From the NCBI GenBank assembly GCA_016703065.1, contig JADJCU010000002.1, positions 142,797-206,796 of the forward strand: a stretch of 64,000 nucleotides of DNA, written 5' to 3'. Position numbers and translations under genes: made by a program. Positions 39,568 to 49,092 of this stretch are shown piece after piece (position 1 is the first letter of the stretch; each line of letters starts with the position of its first letter). Under the pieces are notes generated by a model that saw only the letters and a program-made list of their open reading frames with translations, did not search any database and was not told the origin of the DNA. The stretch is from a bacterium. GTDB taxonomy: Bacteria; Electryoneota; RPQS01.

Positions 39568-41712
39568 ATGAATCGTAACGTGAAGACTGCCTTGTGGCTG
39601 ATGTTGGTTGTCCTATTACCGCTGTCCGGCAGAGCTGAAGTAGAGCGGAATGCGTTGCGCAATGGCATCGTGAGATATGCATCGGATCACTTTGGCGCGT
39701 TGGCGAACAGCCCGCTTGAGTCCGGCATTCTGTATGACTTGGTGGCACCACTATCCGGGATCGAGCGCTTCGATGGCGGGTTGGCGGCTGAACCGACAAC
39801 GTTCGCCGCTTGGGCGCAAGTTGCTCATGAGCTGCGGCGCGCATCGCTGGCGAGCAGTGCGCTGCCGGACCGGAGTGTGCTGCGAGCGCTTCGGCAAGAG
39901 GCGCAGCGGACCGACGGGCATCCTTTGATTTTTCTTGCCTACGACTATCTGCGCGTCATTGACGGAGTGGATCGCGATAAGCTGATCGAAATGCAAGGCA
40001 ACAAAGTGATAGGGTTGCGGACAGAGTGGCTCACCGAGCGCCGGGTTGCGGCGATGACATCGCTGCACGACTGGACCTATCACGGATCTTCCGTGCGGTT
40101 TGATTTGGACTTACGGGAAGGGTATTTCAGCAATCTCGCGCCCGCAGAGAAAGTAGAAGTCGATTTTGATGACGGCGCTGGTTATCGCGATATCACCGGG
40201 AGCGCGGAGGTTGTGGTCCGTTATGCCGCGACGGGTGAGAAGACACTCGCTGCGCGACTCACGCTGACATCAGGTGAGGTGCTCGTTGCGCGGACGCGCT
40301 TTGACGTGCGCAGTCTGGATGCGCCGCCGCCTTCGGCAACGTGGTCCTTGACGGCAAGTCATAGCGTGTCGGGACCGAATGCCACGGGGGAAGCGTACAT
40401 CTTGTATGCTCCGGGGCACACGATGCTTGAGCGGCCCGTAGTGCTGGTGGAAGGGCTTGATTTGGACAATAGCCGGAATTGGGACGAGCTGTACGATCTG
40501 ATGAATCAGGAGCTGATGATCGAGTCGCTGCTTGAGCTCGGGTTTGATGCTGTGGTCTTGAACTACGGGAACTCGACCGTGCATGTGCAGAACAACGCAT
40601 TTCTTGTGCAGGAGCTGATTGAAGAGCTCAACTCCGCGACGGGTGGAGTCTACCCGCTTGTGATTGTCGGAACCAGTCTTGGCGGATTGGCGACGCGTTA
40701 CGCTTTGACCTACATGGAGGCCAATAGTCTGCCGCACAACGTGAGCCGTTTTCTATCGGTGGATTCGCCGCAGAACGGGGCGAATATTCCGGTGGGGATT
40801 CAGCACTGGGCGGACTTTTTTGCGGGGGAGAGTGATGAAGCCGCGGCAAGCCGCGACGCGCTGAACACACCGGCCGCGCGGCAGATGCTACTCTATCATT
40901 TTGGTTCGTCGGGCGGCGGCACGGCGAATGCGGACCCGATGTTTACGGCGTTTCAGGCGGAGCTTGCGGGGCTTGGCGACTATCCGGAGCTGCCGCGCAT
41001 TGTGTCGATCAGCAACGGGAGCAGTACCATGCAGAACAGCGGTTTCCTGCCGGGTGCGCAGATTATCCGCTGGGTGTATGACAGTTTCTTTGTTGACATT
41101 CGCGGCAACGTTTGGGCCGTGAGCAATTCGGCGAATACGCGGGTACTTCAGGGCGAGATCAACGTGATTTGGCCGTTACCCGACTCGTACCGTGACGTCT
41201 TCATTCAGCCGTGTTTGTCGTGGGACAATGCGCCGGGGGGAACGACGCCGACGATGCTGGAGCTTGCGGCTGTTCCGGCGCCGTACGGCGATATTGAGGC
41301 GCTCTATCCGTCGCACTGTTTCATTCCTTCAATCAGCGCACTCGATTTGAACGTTACTGATCCGTTTTTCAACATTGCCGGGGCGCCGAATCTGTATGCG
41401 TTGACGCCGTTCGACAGTCTGTATTTTCCAAATGCGAATCAGGAGCATGTACAGATTACGCCGGAGAATGCGGACTGGTTCATCAGCGAGATTGTGGGAC
41501 CGTTGGAGGCGCCGCAGGTGACGATTGCCGCAAGTGTTGACAGCGTCATTCTGAATTGGGAGTCCGTGTTTGGCGCGAACAGCTATCGCGTTTACACGTC
41601 TTCGGACGGCGCGATATGGCCGCTCAGCTATGCAACGACACCGGCCTCGACGTGGAGCGCGGCGGCGGGTGATTCCATCTCCTTTTTCAGGGTCGTTGCG
41701 GTGCGCGAATAG
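39568..41712 (+). CDS. Secreted alpha/beta-hydrolase (lipase/esterase-like) with C-terminal FN3-like module
   Basis: 714 aa with a signal peptide. Nucleophile-elbow context VIVGTSLGGLATRYAL (G-x-S-x-G). The C-terminal module ...LNWESVFGANSYRVYTSSDG...FFRVVAVRE resembles the S8 C-termini. Confidence 0.65.
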   Translation: MNRNVKTALWLMLVVLLPLSGRAEVERNALRNGIVRYASDHFGALANSPLESGILYDLVAPLSGIERFDGGLAAEPTTFAAWAQVAHELRRASLASSALPDRSVLRALRQEAQRTDGHPLIFLAYDYLRVIDGVDRDKLIEMQGNKVIGLRTEWLTERRVAAMTSLHDWTYHGSSVRFDLDLREGYFSNLAPAEKVEVDFDDGAGYRDITGSAEVVVRYAATGEKTLAARLTLTSGEVLVARTRFDVRSLDAPPPSATWSLTASHSVSGPNATGEAYILYAPGHTMLERPVVLVEGLDLDNSRNWDELYDLMNQELMIESLLELGFDAVVLNYGNSTVHVQNNAFLVQELIEELNSATGGVYPLVIVGTSLGGLATRYALTYMEANSLPHNVSRFLSVDSPQNGANIPVGIQHWADFFAGESDEAAASRDALNTPAARQMLLYHFGSSGGGTANADPMFTAFQAELAGLGDYPELPRIVSISNGSSTMQNSGFLPGAQIIRWVYDSFFVDIRGNVWAVSNSANTRVLQGEINVIWPLPDSYRDVFIQPCLSWDNAPGGTTPTMLELAAVPAPYGDIEALYPSHCFIPSISALDLNVTDPFFNIAGAPNLYALTPFDSLYFPNANQEHVQITPENADWFISEIVGPLEAPQVTIAASVDSVILNWESVFGANSYRVYTSSDGAIWPLSYATTPASTWSAAAGDSISFFRVVAVRE

Positions 41713-41734
41713 AGGAGAGTTTATCGCAGAAGTG

Positions 41735-41768
41735 AAAGCCCCGGCTGCTTGGCCGGGGCTTTTTGTTG
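41735..41768. terminator. Bidirectional terminator between convergent genes
   Basis: AAAGCCCCGGC-tgcttg-GCCGGGGCTTT flanked by an A-run and TTTTGTTG. Confidence 0.8.
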
Positions 41769-41787
41769 ACCAGAGATCATACCGGGG

Positions 41788-42741
41788 CTACTCAGGCACA
41801 GGGATGCGGTCGGCATTTTCCTTGACCCATTGTGCGAACGTATTCAGCCCGGGATTCAACGAACGGGCCACGTTCAGATCACGCGCGCCGACAAACTGTT
41901 CCTGAAAGTCATGCTTGAACTGGAACATATTGCTGATATCGTCTGCGCCGGGGAATCCGAAGCCGCGATAGACCTCGAATGGAGGGGAGACGTGTGTGAT
42001 GGTCTTACCCAGTTCCTTGCTAAGCGTCGCGGCCATCTCCGCGCCCGTGACATGCTCACCGGCGATGCCCACGGTTTTGCCGATGAAGTCGCCGCCCCTG
42101 AGGAAGATGCCAAAGGCGCATTTGCCTATATCTTCAGCGGCAATCCCCGGGAGTTTCTTGTCCCCCATTGGCAGCACGAACATGAGCGTACCGTCGTGAC
42201 CCTTTTGCGGACCCATTCCGAAGAAGATCAGGTTTTCCCAATAGAAACTGGTCCAGAGATTTGTCGACGGCAGGCCGATTTGGGCGAGATACGGTTCGAC
42301 CTTACCCTTAGCATCAAAGTGCGGCACCTTGTATTTGCCATGCAAGGTCGGCATTCGCGGGTCATCGATCGGCATGAAGTTCCGGGTGTCCTCGAAGGAC
42401 GACCAAATGTAATGCTTCACATCTGTGGCCTTGGCGGCATCGGCAATGTTCTTGGCCTGCTGAGTTTCTTTCGCGGGCGAGAAGTGATCCCAGAAGAACG
42501 TTACGCCGAAAACGCCATACGCTCCGGCGAACGCGCGCTTCAGACTTTCGATGTCATCCACATCGCCTGGTACAACGTCTGCACCGAGCACGGCCAGAGC
42601 TTTGGCCTTTTCGGAATTGGGATCGCGGGTGACGGCGCGGGCAACGAAGCCGCTTTCAGGGTGACTGAGAATTGCGCGTACCAGTCCGCCGCCTTGCGCA
42701 CCGGTCGCCCCCATTACGGCAATAATCTTCTTGTCAGACAT
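41788..42741 (-). CDS. NmrA-family NAD(P)-binding protein
   Basis: 317 aa. N-terminal Rossmann motif KIIAVMGATGAQGGGLVRAIL and overall NmrA-like pattern. Confidence 0.75.
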   Translation of the reverse strand: MSDKKIIAVMGATGAQGGGLVRAILSHPESGFVARAVTRDPNSEKAKALAVLGADVVPGDVDDIESLKRAFAGAYGVFGVTFFWDHFSPAKETQQAKNIADAAKATDVKHYIWSSFEDTRNFMPIDDPRMPTLHGKYKVPHFDAKGKVEPYLAQIGLPSTNLWTSFYWENLIFFGMGPQKGHDGTLMFVLPMGDKKLPGIAAEDIGKCAFGIFLRGGDFIGKTVGIAGEHVTGAEMAATLSKELGKTITHVSPPFEVYRGFGFPGADDISNMFQFKHDFQEQFVGARDLNVARSLNPGLNTFAQWVKENADRIPVPE

Positions 42742-42838
42742 GGACTTCCTTTGTATTTCGTGAACGGGTTAGGGTCTTCAAACAGTCAGCCCCGCCATGG
42801 GCGGGGCTGAGGAAACGACTCGAATCAGGAACTGGTTG

Positions 42839-43180
42839 TCATTTGACCAAGAGCGCATCGACGCGCGCTTGCAGCGCGTGCTTGGGCAGCGCGCCAACCT
42901 GACGGTCCACCATTTCACCATTCTTGAAGAAGAGCAGCGTGGGGATCGAACTCACATGGTATGTGCGGCTGATTTCCGGCGACTGATCGACATCCACCTT
43001 CGCAAAAGCCACGCGGCCCGAATATTCATTGGCCAGGTCTTCGACAATCGGGGCAATCATCCGGCAGGGACCGCACCAATCAGCATAGCAATCAACGACC
43101 ACCAGATTATTAGCCTTAACGGTCTGCCCAAACGACTGGTCTGTCACCTTGAGCACCGAGTTAGCGGCGACATTCGACAT
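42839..43180 (-). CDS. trxA: Thioredoxin
   Basis: 113 aa with the WCGPC active site in a canonical thioredoxin context (VVVDCYADWCGPCRMIAP...IPTLLFFKNGE). Confidence 0.9.
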   Translation of the reverse strand: MSNVAANSVLKVTDQSFGQTVKANNLVVVDCYADWCGPCRMIAPIVEDLANEYSGRVAFAKVDVDQSPEISRTYHVSSIPTLLFFKNGEMVDRQVGALPKHALQARVDALLVK

Positions 43181-43224
43181 CTTCCAAACTCCGATATATT
43201 GTTCAATTCAAAGAGTGAATTAAG

Positions 43225-43776
43225 TTACGACTTCAGGAGGGCTTGAATCTTCTGTTCGAAGAATTCCTTGGGGCGATAACCGACGACGGTTTCCGCGATC
43301 TCGCCGTCCTTGCCAATAATGAAGCAGGTCGGAATCGAGCGCGGGCTGCCGAAAATTTTGGCCGCATCTTCACCGAAAATACCGTTGTGGTAGTTCATCT
43401 TGATTTGATCGGCAAACTCTTTGACTTTGGGCGCACCGTAACGCGCGAAGGCGAGTCCGACGATCTCCACGTCACCCTTGTACTGATCGTACAATTCGAT
43501 CAGATGCGGGATGCCCTTCTTGCAGGGGCCGCACCACGTGTCCCAAATGTCAACGATGACGACTTTGCCATAGTATTGCCGCGCGTCCACGGTCTGACCG
43601 TCCACAGTCTGATACGTGAAGTTGAGTTTCTTTGCATCATCGACTTTAACGGCCGCAGCCTTCTCGCTCGACTGACCGCAGCCGATTGAGGCAAACATAA
43701 GCGTGGCGAGCACGAGCGTGAGCATGGACTTCATAATGGCTTTCACAGTTGACTTACGATGGACTCTCAAAATCAT
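43225..43776 (-). CDS. TlpA/ResA-like thiol:disulfide oxidoreductase lipoprotein (redoxin family)
   Basis: WDTWCGPCKKGIPHL active site. The internal ATG at 43776 has GGGAGA upstream and gives a signal peptide plus the lipobox MFASIGC. The longer ORF extends to 43908. Confidence 0.75.
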   Translation of the reverse strand: MILRVHRKSTVKAIMKSMLTLVLATLMFASIGCGQSSEKAAAVKVDDAKKLNFTYQTVDGQTVDARQYYGKVVIVDIWDTWCGPCKKGIPHLIELYDQYKGDVEIVGLAFARYGAPKVKEFADQIKMNYHNGIFGEDAAKIFGSPRSIPTCFIIGKDGEIAETVVGYRPKEFFEQKIQALLKS

Positions 43777-43948
43777 GTCGTCTCCCGAAGGAACAAAGGG
43801 TGAACGAAATCTGTTTGCGATTGGTTCCGGTCCACGAAGATACACAAAAAAACGGGGACTCACAAGCCGTACAAGGCACTTAATCAATGACTTGGTTATC
43901 CAGTGCAAATAAGGGGTTAGGACTTGTCCGCAGGAATGGCCGGGGCCA

Positions 43949-44533
43949 TTAGTGGTGAATCAGGATGCCACAGGCGGAGAAGAAATTGGCAAGCAGCTTT
44001 TGGCCCTGCGGAGTGAGGATCGACTCGGGGTGAAATTGTACGCCCTCGACGGGCAGGGTGCGGTGGCGCAGCCCCATGACTTCGCGGTCAGCCGTCCACG
44101 CGGAGACTTCGAGTTCCGTTGGTAGGTCGCGTGACTCGACGAGCAGGGAGTGGTAACGCCCGGCATCGAACGGATTTGTCAGGTCGCGGAAGCTGGTTCT
44201 ACCGTCATGAAAGACGGGCGTTGCCTTACCGTGAACGATATGGTCTGCCGTGACGATGTGCGCGCCATAGTGGAGCGCAAGCATCTGGAGGCCGAGGCAG
44301 ATCCCCAGAACCGGCAGACGGCCGATGGCGCTCGCGACGATATCAGGCATATTCCCGGCATCCTCAGGCCTTCCCGGTCCGGGGGACAGGACGAGGGCGG
44401 CTGGATTCAGTTTCACCAGATCGGTTGCGGAAATCTCGTCGTTTCGCGCGACAACCGTGCTGACCCCGAAGCTGCCGATGGCCTGTACGAGGTTGTAGGT
44501 GAAGGAATCGTAGTTGTCGAGGACGAGAATCAC
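43949..44533 (-). CDS. Glutamine amidotransferase, anthranilate/aminodeoxychorismate synthase component II
   Basis: (M)ILVLDNYDSFTYNLVQ... from GTG 44533. Contains GICLGLQ and the HPES catalytic contexts. The track ORF extends to a TTG at 44611. No trpE/pabB gene is adjacent. Confidence 0.85.
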   Translation of the reverse strand: MILVLDNYDSFTYNLVQAIGSFGVSTVVARNDEISATDLVKLNPAALVLSPGPGRPEDAGNMPDIVASAIGRLPVLGICLGLQMLALHYGAHIVTADHIVHGKATPVFHDGRTSFRDLTNPFDAGRYHSLLVESRDLPTELEVSAWTADREVMGLRHRTLPVEGVQFHPESILTPQGQKLLANFFSACGILIHH

Positions 44534-44798
44534 GTGCGGCGAGGCAACACCGAGTGGATTAGTGCAATGGACGACATGTGCGAAGATAGGCAGGTTGGCC
44601 ACGAGAATCAAGGAGTAGGGGATCGAAAGGCCAATGCCTCCGAATCGAAAAGAGGCCGAAATATTCCCTTGGATGCGCGGGGCAAGGTGCGCCTGTTGTT
44701 CGGATTAATCATTGTTTATAAATAGCTTGCCAAGATGAAGTAACAGGCGGGTCGGTATGGTTTTGCGAGAGAAAAGAGCATCGATACCGCGAAAAGAA

Positions 44799-44827
44799 TT
44801 GACTTCCAGAGCATATCGAAATATATT
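44799..44827 (+). promoter_or_regulatory. Candidate sigma70 promoter
   Basis: TTGACT-N17-TATATT, about 55 nt upstream of ATG 44882. Confidence 0.5.
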
Positions 44828-44881
44828 AGATATACTGCAACCGATACAACTTGCAATCATGAAAGGACACGGAGCAGTTCC

Positions 44882-46534
44882 ATGAAATCGATTAAAGCTA
44901 TGTTTTTGTTTGCGATGCTGTTTGCTTTTGGGCTCAGCACCGCAGAGGCAGCAGTCGGCTGGGCAGGCCAGATTTGGCCGACGAGCGGACAGACGCGCGT
45001 TCCCTATAGCAACATAGGCGTCTACGTACAGGTTTGGAAAGGCGGCTGCACAGAAGCCGCAGGCCCGTGCGCTGATCTCGAAGCGTTCTTGTATTACAAG
45101 CGCGCGAGCGAAGCTATGTACACTGAGGTCCCGATGGCGTTCAATGTGCAGATCGGCAGTAACGATGAGTGGTGGGCCGACATTCCGTCGTCCGCGCTCA
45201 ACGGTGGCGAAGACGAGTATTTCTATGTTCGTTTCCACGATCTGACTGACGACACGTGGTATGACGGCGCGACAGATCAGAATGGCATTGCTCCGCCGTT
45301 GACGCTTCACATTCTGCCTGGCATATCGCAGGACGTGGCGGTCACGTTTCGAGTTGACATGAACTGTGTCAATCCTCTGGGTTACGCGGGCGGTGTCTAT
45401 TTCACGGGCGACTTCTTTGGCTGGGGCCAGTGCAATCCGTTTGGCTTGATGGCTGACGGCGACAACGACGGGATCTGGGAAGGCACGTATGTATTCCCGG
45501 CAGGTTCGAACACGGCCCTGCAGTATAAGTTCCAGCGCAATGACGGCACGACGTGCCACTGGGAGTGCGGCGGCAACCGTGAAGCGACGATCAACGACGA
45601 TTCCCCGACTCAGGTACTTGATCTGCAGGTTTACTGCTGCGAGACTTGGGGACCGAGCGAGATTTCCGAAGCCGGTTCGTATTGCGTGAGCCTTTGTTGC
45701 TGCACGCAGGAGCTGTGGATTCGTCTGGTGTCGCAGTACAATCCTCCGATTTTCAGCAACTTTGATTGGACGAATGGCTGCGTCGCATGCGGCAATCCGG
45801 ATTGTTTGGCCGGCAGCGGCGACATCATTTGGGATATCCGTCAAGGCGGCGACATGAATTGGTATCTCGTACTTTGTTTGGCCCCGAACGCGGGTCGCGA
45901 GATTCCGCCGGGTGAGCCCTCGTATGCCGGATGCTTCTGTATTACGATCGATGAAATCCTGCCGGTTGAGATGTCTTCATTTGATGCGATTGGCATGGAC
46001 CACGCGGTTCGTGTTGATTGGGCAACGGCGACGGAGCAGAATACGAGCCACTTTGTGCTCGAACGTTCGACTTCGCAGGCAAACTGGAGCACGCTGGCTC
46101 AGGTTCCGGCTGCTGGGGAGAGCTCTTCCGAGCGTCGTTACAGCTTCACGGATGAGAACGTAACGGTCGGCACGCTTTACAGCTATCGTCTGACGACGGT
46201 TGATCTGGACGGCAGCGTATCGGTGCACAGCGAAATCGCGAGCGCGACGCCGACGAACGGCGCGACGGTGAGCGAGTATGCGCTGTCGCAGAACTACCCG
46301 AATCCGTTTAACCCGGAAACGAACATCAGCTACTCGCTGGCGGATGTTTCGGAAGTCAACTTGACGGTGTTCACGGTGACGGGCGAAGAGGTTGCGACGT
46401 TGGTGAACGGCACGCAGAATGCCGGTTCGTATAACGTCAACTTCAATGCATCATCGCTTCCGACGGGCGTGTACTTCTACCGCTTGACGGCCGGATCGTT
46501 CACGGCAACGCACAAGATGCTGCTGCTGAAGTAG
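44882..46534 (+). CDS. T9SS-sorted secreted protein with a possible carbohydrate-binding beta-sandwich (CBM20/48-like)
   Basis: 550 aa with a signal peptide. The segment VAVTFRVDM...GGVYFTGDFFGWG....DGIWEGTYVFPAGSNTALQYKF is CBM-like. FN3-like VEMSSFDAIG...VDWATATE module and the CTD QNYPNPFNPETNISY...MLLLK. Confidence 0.75.
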   Translation: MKSIKAMFLFAMLFAFGLSTAEAAVGWAGQIWPTSGQTRVPYSNIGVYVQVWKGGCTEAAGPCADLEAFLYYKRASEAMYTEVPMAFNVQIGSNDEWWADIPSSALNGGEDEYFYVRFHDLTDDTWYDGATDQNGIAPPLTLHILPGISQDVAVTFRVDMNCVNPLGYAGGVYFTGDFFGWGQCNPFGLMADGDNDGIWEGTYVFPAGSNTALQYKFQRNDGTTCHWECGGNREATINDDSPTQVLDLQVYCCETWGPSEISEAGSYCVSLCCCTQELWIRLVSQYNPPIFSNFDWTNGCVACGNPDCLAGSGDIIWDIRQGGDMNWYLVLCLAPNAGREIPPGEPSYAGCFCITIDEILPVEMSSFDAIGMDHAVRVDWATATEQNTSHFVLERSTSQANWSTLAQVPAAGESSSERRYSFTDENVTVGTLYSYRLTTVDLDGSVSVHSEIASATPTNGATVSEYALSQNYPNPFNPETNISYSLADVSEVNLTVFTVTGEEVATLVNGTQNAGSYNVNFNASSLPTGVYFYRLTAGSFTATHKMLLLK

Positions 46535-46604
46535 TCCAGCCAGCGTGGACGTTGGACCCGATTGCCGCCGGCGCGATGCGCTCGGCGAAGATTGGACTGA
46601 AAAT

Positions 46605-46642
46605 ACAAGCGGGCCGCTCGAACGAGCGGCCCGCTTGTGTTG
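46605..46642. terminator. Bidirectional terminator between convergent genes
   Basis: ACAAGCGGGCCGCTCG-aac-GAGCGGCCCGCTTGT followed by GTTGTT. Confidence 0.75.
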
Positions 46643-46659
46643 TTAAAACTGAGTGCGCG

Positions 46660-47280
46660 TTACCTAAGCACCAGCGTCAGCGCTCCGTTTTTCAGGACGC
46701 GATAGAGTGTCAAAGCGACTTCGCGATTGCATTGGACCTCGTAGCCAGAAGAACCGCTGAAGCTCTGGAGCCAAAGGCCGAGCTTTTCCCGCCACGGGAC
46801 TTCGATCTCGACGGGCTGATTTTCAGGCAGGGAATGCACCATAAGAGTGGGGCCATCGAGCCATTTGACCTCGAACATGACGGGGATTTCGCGCTGCAAG
46901 AGCGAGGGATCCATGTCCATGGCGTTGCTTACGATTTCGAGGAGCGAATCAGGGAAGCGGGGCTCATACTTCAAGAGCCGCAGACCGGAGAGACCGAAGA
47001 CGAGCGCCGTATCCGGCTGGAAATCGAGCGCAAGTTGATTGACGTCGAGCGGTTTCGTGCCGGAGTCCTCGTGCATGGTCCATACGACTCCGCTGCCAAT
47101 CCGGATTTCGAGTTCCTGATGTGCGGCGTCCAGAACCACGTAGGGTTTATTTGACTTAATCAGCTCATTCTGCGTCGCGAGAAAGCGCCATTCGCGGTAC
47201 AGTGAGTCCGACTGGGCAAACGAGGCGGAGCACGTCAGCGATAGCGCGAGAACGGTCCACAGAGCGCGCTTAGAACACAT
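46660..47280 (-). CDS. Secreted hypothetical protein (last gene of the L,D-transpeptidase operon)
   Basis: 206 aa with the signal peptide MCSKRALWTVLALSLTCSASFA. No recognisable motif. Overlaps the upstream gene by 11 nt. Confidence 0.55.
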   Translation of the reverse strand: MCSKRALWTVLALSLTCSASFAQSDSLYREWRFLATQNELIKSNKPYVVLDAAHQELEIRIGSGVVWTMHEDSGTKPLDVNQLALDFQPDTALVFGLSGLRLLKYEPRFPDSLLEIVSNAMDMDPSLLQREIPVMFEVKWLDGPTLMVHSLPENQPVEIEVPWREKLGLWLQSFSGSSGYEVQCNREVALTLYRVLKNGALTLVLR

Positions 47281-47911
47281 ACACGCCGGTTCCTATTGGC
47301 ACGGTTTCATATAGGTATTTCAGGTCGTCGGAGCCGAGTCTAACGCAGCCATGACTGACGGACATTCCGAGCAGGCGCTCGTAGAGCGTGCCGTGAATGA
47401 AATAGCCGTCACCGAAGCCCATCGCGAAATCGCCCATGACATTGGGATCAAGGCGATCCGAGTTGCTTTTGGGAACATCTTCGCCTTCTTCGATGAACGC
47501 CCAATCGGGTTTGCGCCACCACGGTTCGACAATCTTGTTTTTGATTGCAAAGACGCCGGACGGCGTATGGAAGACCCACTTCTTGCCGGTCTTGGGATCG
47601 GTGAGTTCGCCCCCGGAGCCGGTTGAGCAGACCGCTTTGAAGAAGACGGAATCGGCGGTGCGCAGATAGGCCGTATTCGTGTGTGAATCAATCACAATGT
47701 ACTTGTTCCTGGGCAGCGTCTTCTCAAGGTCTTTGCGCAGCCGCTTCACTTCCTTGGCGATAGTCTTCCCGTCCGGGATAACGGCGAGCGCAGAGTCGAG
47801 TTGATCGAGCGCCACAGGTCTGGGCAATCCGGGGGGCGTTTTGGCGAGCGCAAAAGCGACCGCAACACCGACTGCAAGCAGCAGAATCAGGATGACGATT
47901 ACTCGCTTCAT
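47270..47911 (-). CDS. L,D-transpeptidase (YkuD domain)
   Basis: 213 aa with an N-terminal anchor. Catalytic motif YFIHGT...SVSHGCVRL. Confidence 0.85.
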   Translation of the reverse strand: MKRVIVILILLLAVGVAVAFALAKTPPGLPRPVALDQLDSALAVIPDGKTIAKEVKRLRKDLEKTLPRNKYIVIDSHTNTAYLRTADSVFFKAVCSTGSGGELTDPKTGKKWVFHTPSGVFAIKNKIVEPWWRKPDWAFIEEGEDVPKSNSDRLDPNVMGDFAMGFGDGYFIHGTLYERLLGMSVSHGCVRLGSDDLKYLYETVPIGTGVYVF

Positions 47912-48981
47912 TGGAAACCCTCGAGCTTTCGAACGATGGTCACGGGAGTACCCACAGTCGCATATCTCATCAGGTCAGACATATCATTGTCGGCGAGCGC
48001 GACACAGCCGTCAGTCCAGTTCTTGTTCTGACCGCCGTGTCCGTGTATCTCAATAAGTTTGCCAATGCCCGCGCGAGAGGAGATTCGTCCGTTGCGCTTA
48101 TTGGCGGCAAACCGCTTCTTGTCGTCATCATTGGGGTAGTTCAGCAAGAGCGCCTTGTAGTAACGGCTGGCGTGGTTGATCTTGCTGACCTTGTAGCGGC
48201 CTTCGGGGGTCGCGCCGTCGCCCGCGAACATCTTCTGGTAGGCGGCGTTGAATCCCAGGTCACATTTGTAGGTCTTGAGCTTCTTGCCGCCGTCAAACAG
48301 ATGAATGCGGTTCTCTTCTTTGTCAACTATCAGGGCGACACTCCCGTTCCGTCTGCTTTCGGCGAGAGTATTGGCAACCCATGATTTTGCGGCTTTTATG
48401 CGTTCGAGCTCATCGGCATCGTGATGATTAATAGCGATGCGGAGCCCGGCGAGCTGTTCGCGACACTCTTGGCCAGCGGCAAGTGCGCCGTCGATATCCT
48501 CCTGTTGAAGGAGACTCATGGCTGTGGCCTGACTCATTTGCGCGAGGCTCCAGAGCTTTTCGGCACGATAGAGCGTCAATTTGTCATCCAGAGCCTTGCG
48601 CCACTGGGTCAAGTCTTCAGTAAGATCATTGAGCTCCGTGTTGGCCTGAGCGAGGGCGGATTCGCGGCGGTTCTTTGCGGAATCTTCGGCCGCTTGAGTC
48701 AGTGTGCGGGCGTACGCAAGTAGAGTATCGGCGGAATTGTAGTTTCGGAAGAGGGACATTTTGCCCTGTTGGAAGGCCATCTCTTCGCGGGCCTTCTGGA
48801 GCGCAACTTCAGCAGATTCCAATTCGTCTTTGGCGTACTTGCGGGGGCCATTGACGCGGGCATTTGACAGCGCAGATTCCGCTCTGACCATATCGGCGAG
48901 CGGGGGGGTGTCACAGCCGTACCACGCGAAGGCCAGGAACAGTGGTACGAGTAAGATAAGACGTCGAATTTTCCGGTGCAA
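47908..48981 (-). CDS. L,D-transpeptidase-family protein with N-terminal coiled-coil domain
   Basis: 357 aa. Motif IEIHGHGG...WTDGCVAL (YkuD/YafK-like Cys). Ala/Glu-rich helical N-terminal half. Confidence 0.7.
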   Translation of the reverse strand: MHRKIRRLILLVPLFLAFAWYGCDTPPLADMVRAESALSNARVNGPRKYAKDELESAEVALQKAREEMAFQQGKMSLFRNYNSADTLLAYARTLTQAAEDSAKNRRESALAQANTELNDLTEDLTQWRKALDDKLTLYRAEKLWSLAQMSQATAMSLLQQEDIDGALAAGQECREQLAGLRIAINHHDADELERIKAAKSWVANTLAESRRNGSVALIVDKEENRIHLFDGGKKLKTYKCDLGFNAAYQKMFAGDGATPEGRYKVSKINHASRYYKALLLNYPNDDDKKRFAANKRNGRISSRAGIGKLIEIHGHGGQNKNWTDGCVALADNDMSDLMRYATVGTPVTIVRKLEGFQ

Positions 48982-49017
48982 TGTCTTAGGATGCGAAAAC
49001 GTTATAGGTTAGAGCAG

Positions 49018-49051
49018 GCAGGGAGCCGCGCTCTAAAACGCGGCTCCCTGC
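49018..49051 (-). terminator. Intergenic 13-bp-stem hairpin within the operon
   Basis: GCAGGGAGCCGCG-N8-CGCGGCTCCCTGC between the 49093 gene stop and the 48981 start. No clear U-tract. Confidence 0.4.
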
Positions 49052-49092
49052 CCATTGGTTCGATTCGTGCGACCGCGCGAGGCGGTCACAAG

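Noticed and set aside
44534-44611. The N-terminal 26-aa extension of the glutamine amidotransferase ORF (TTG start at 44611).
   Set aside because: The family normally begins M-I-L-V-(I/L)-D-N-Y-D-S-F. An in-frame GTG at 44533 gives exactly that, and the extension has no counterpart.
44705-45844. Long antisense or shadow ORFs inside real genes. Examples: 44705-45844(-), 151-1110(-), 15744-16694(-), 17009-17692(+), 18702-19343(+), 22958-23881(+), 25057-25902(+), 28573-29523(-), 29524-30261(-), 31308-32015(-), 33675-34346(-), 41830-42810(+), 52038-52730(+), 53846-54637(-).
   Set aside because: - Each lies opposite to or out of frame with an ORF that has clear family motifs.
- Their products are Arg/Ala/Gly-rich with no motifs, as expected for open antisense frames in high-GC DNA.
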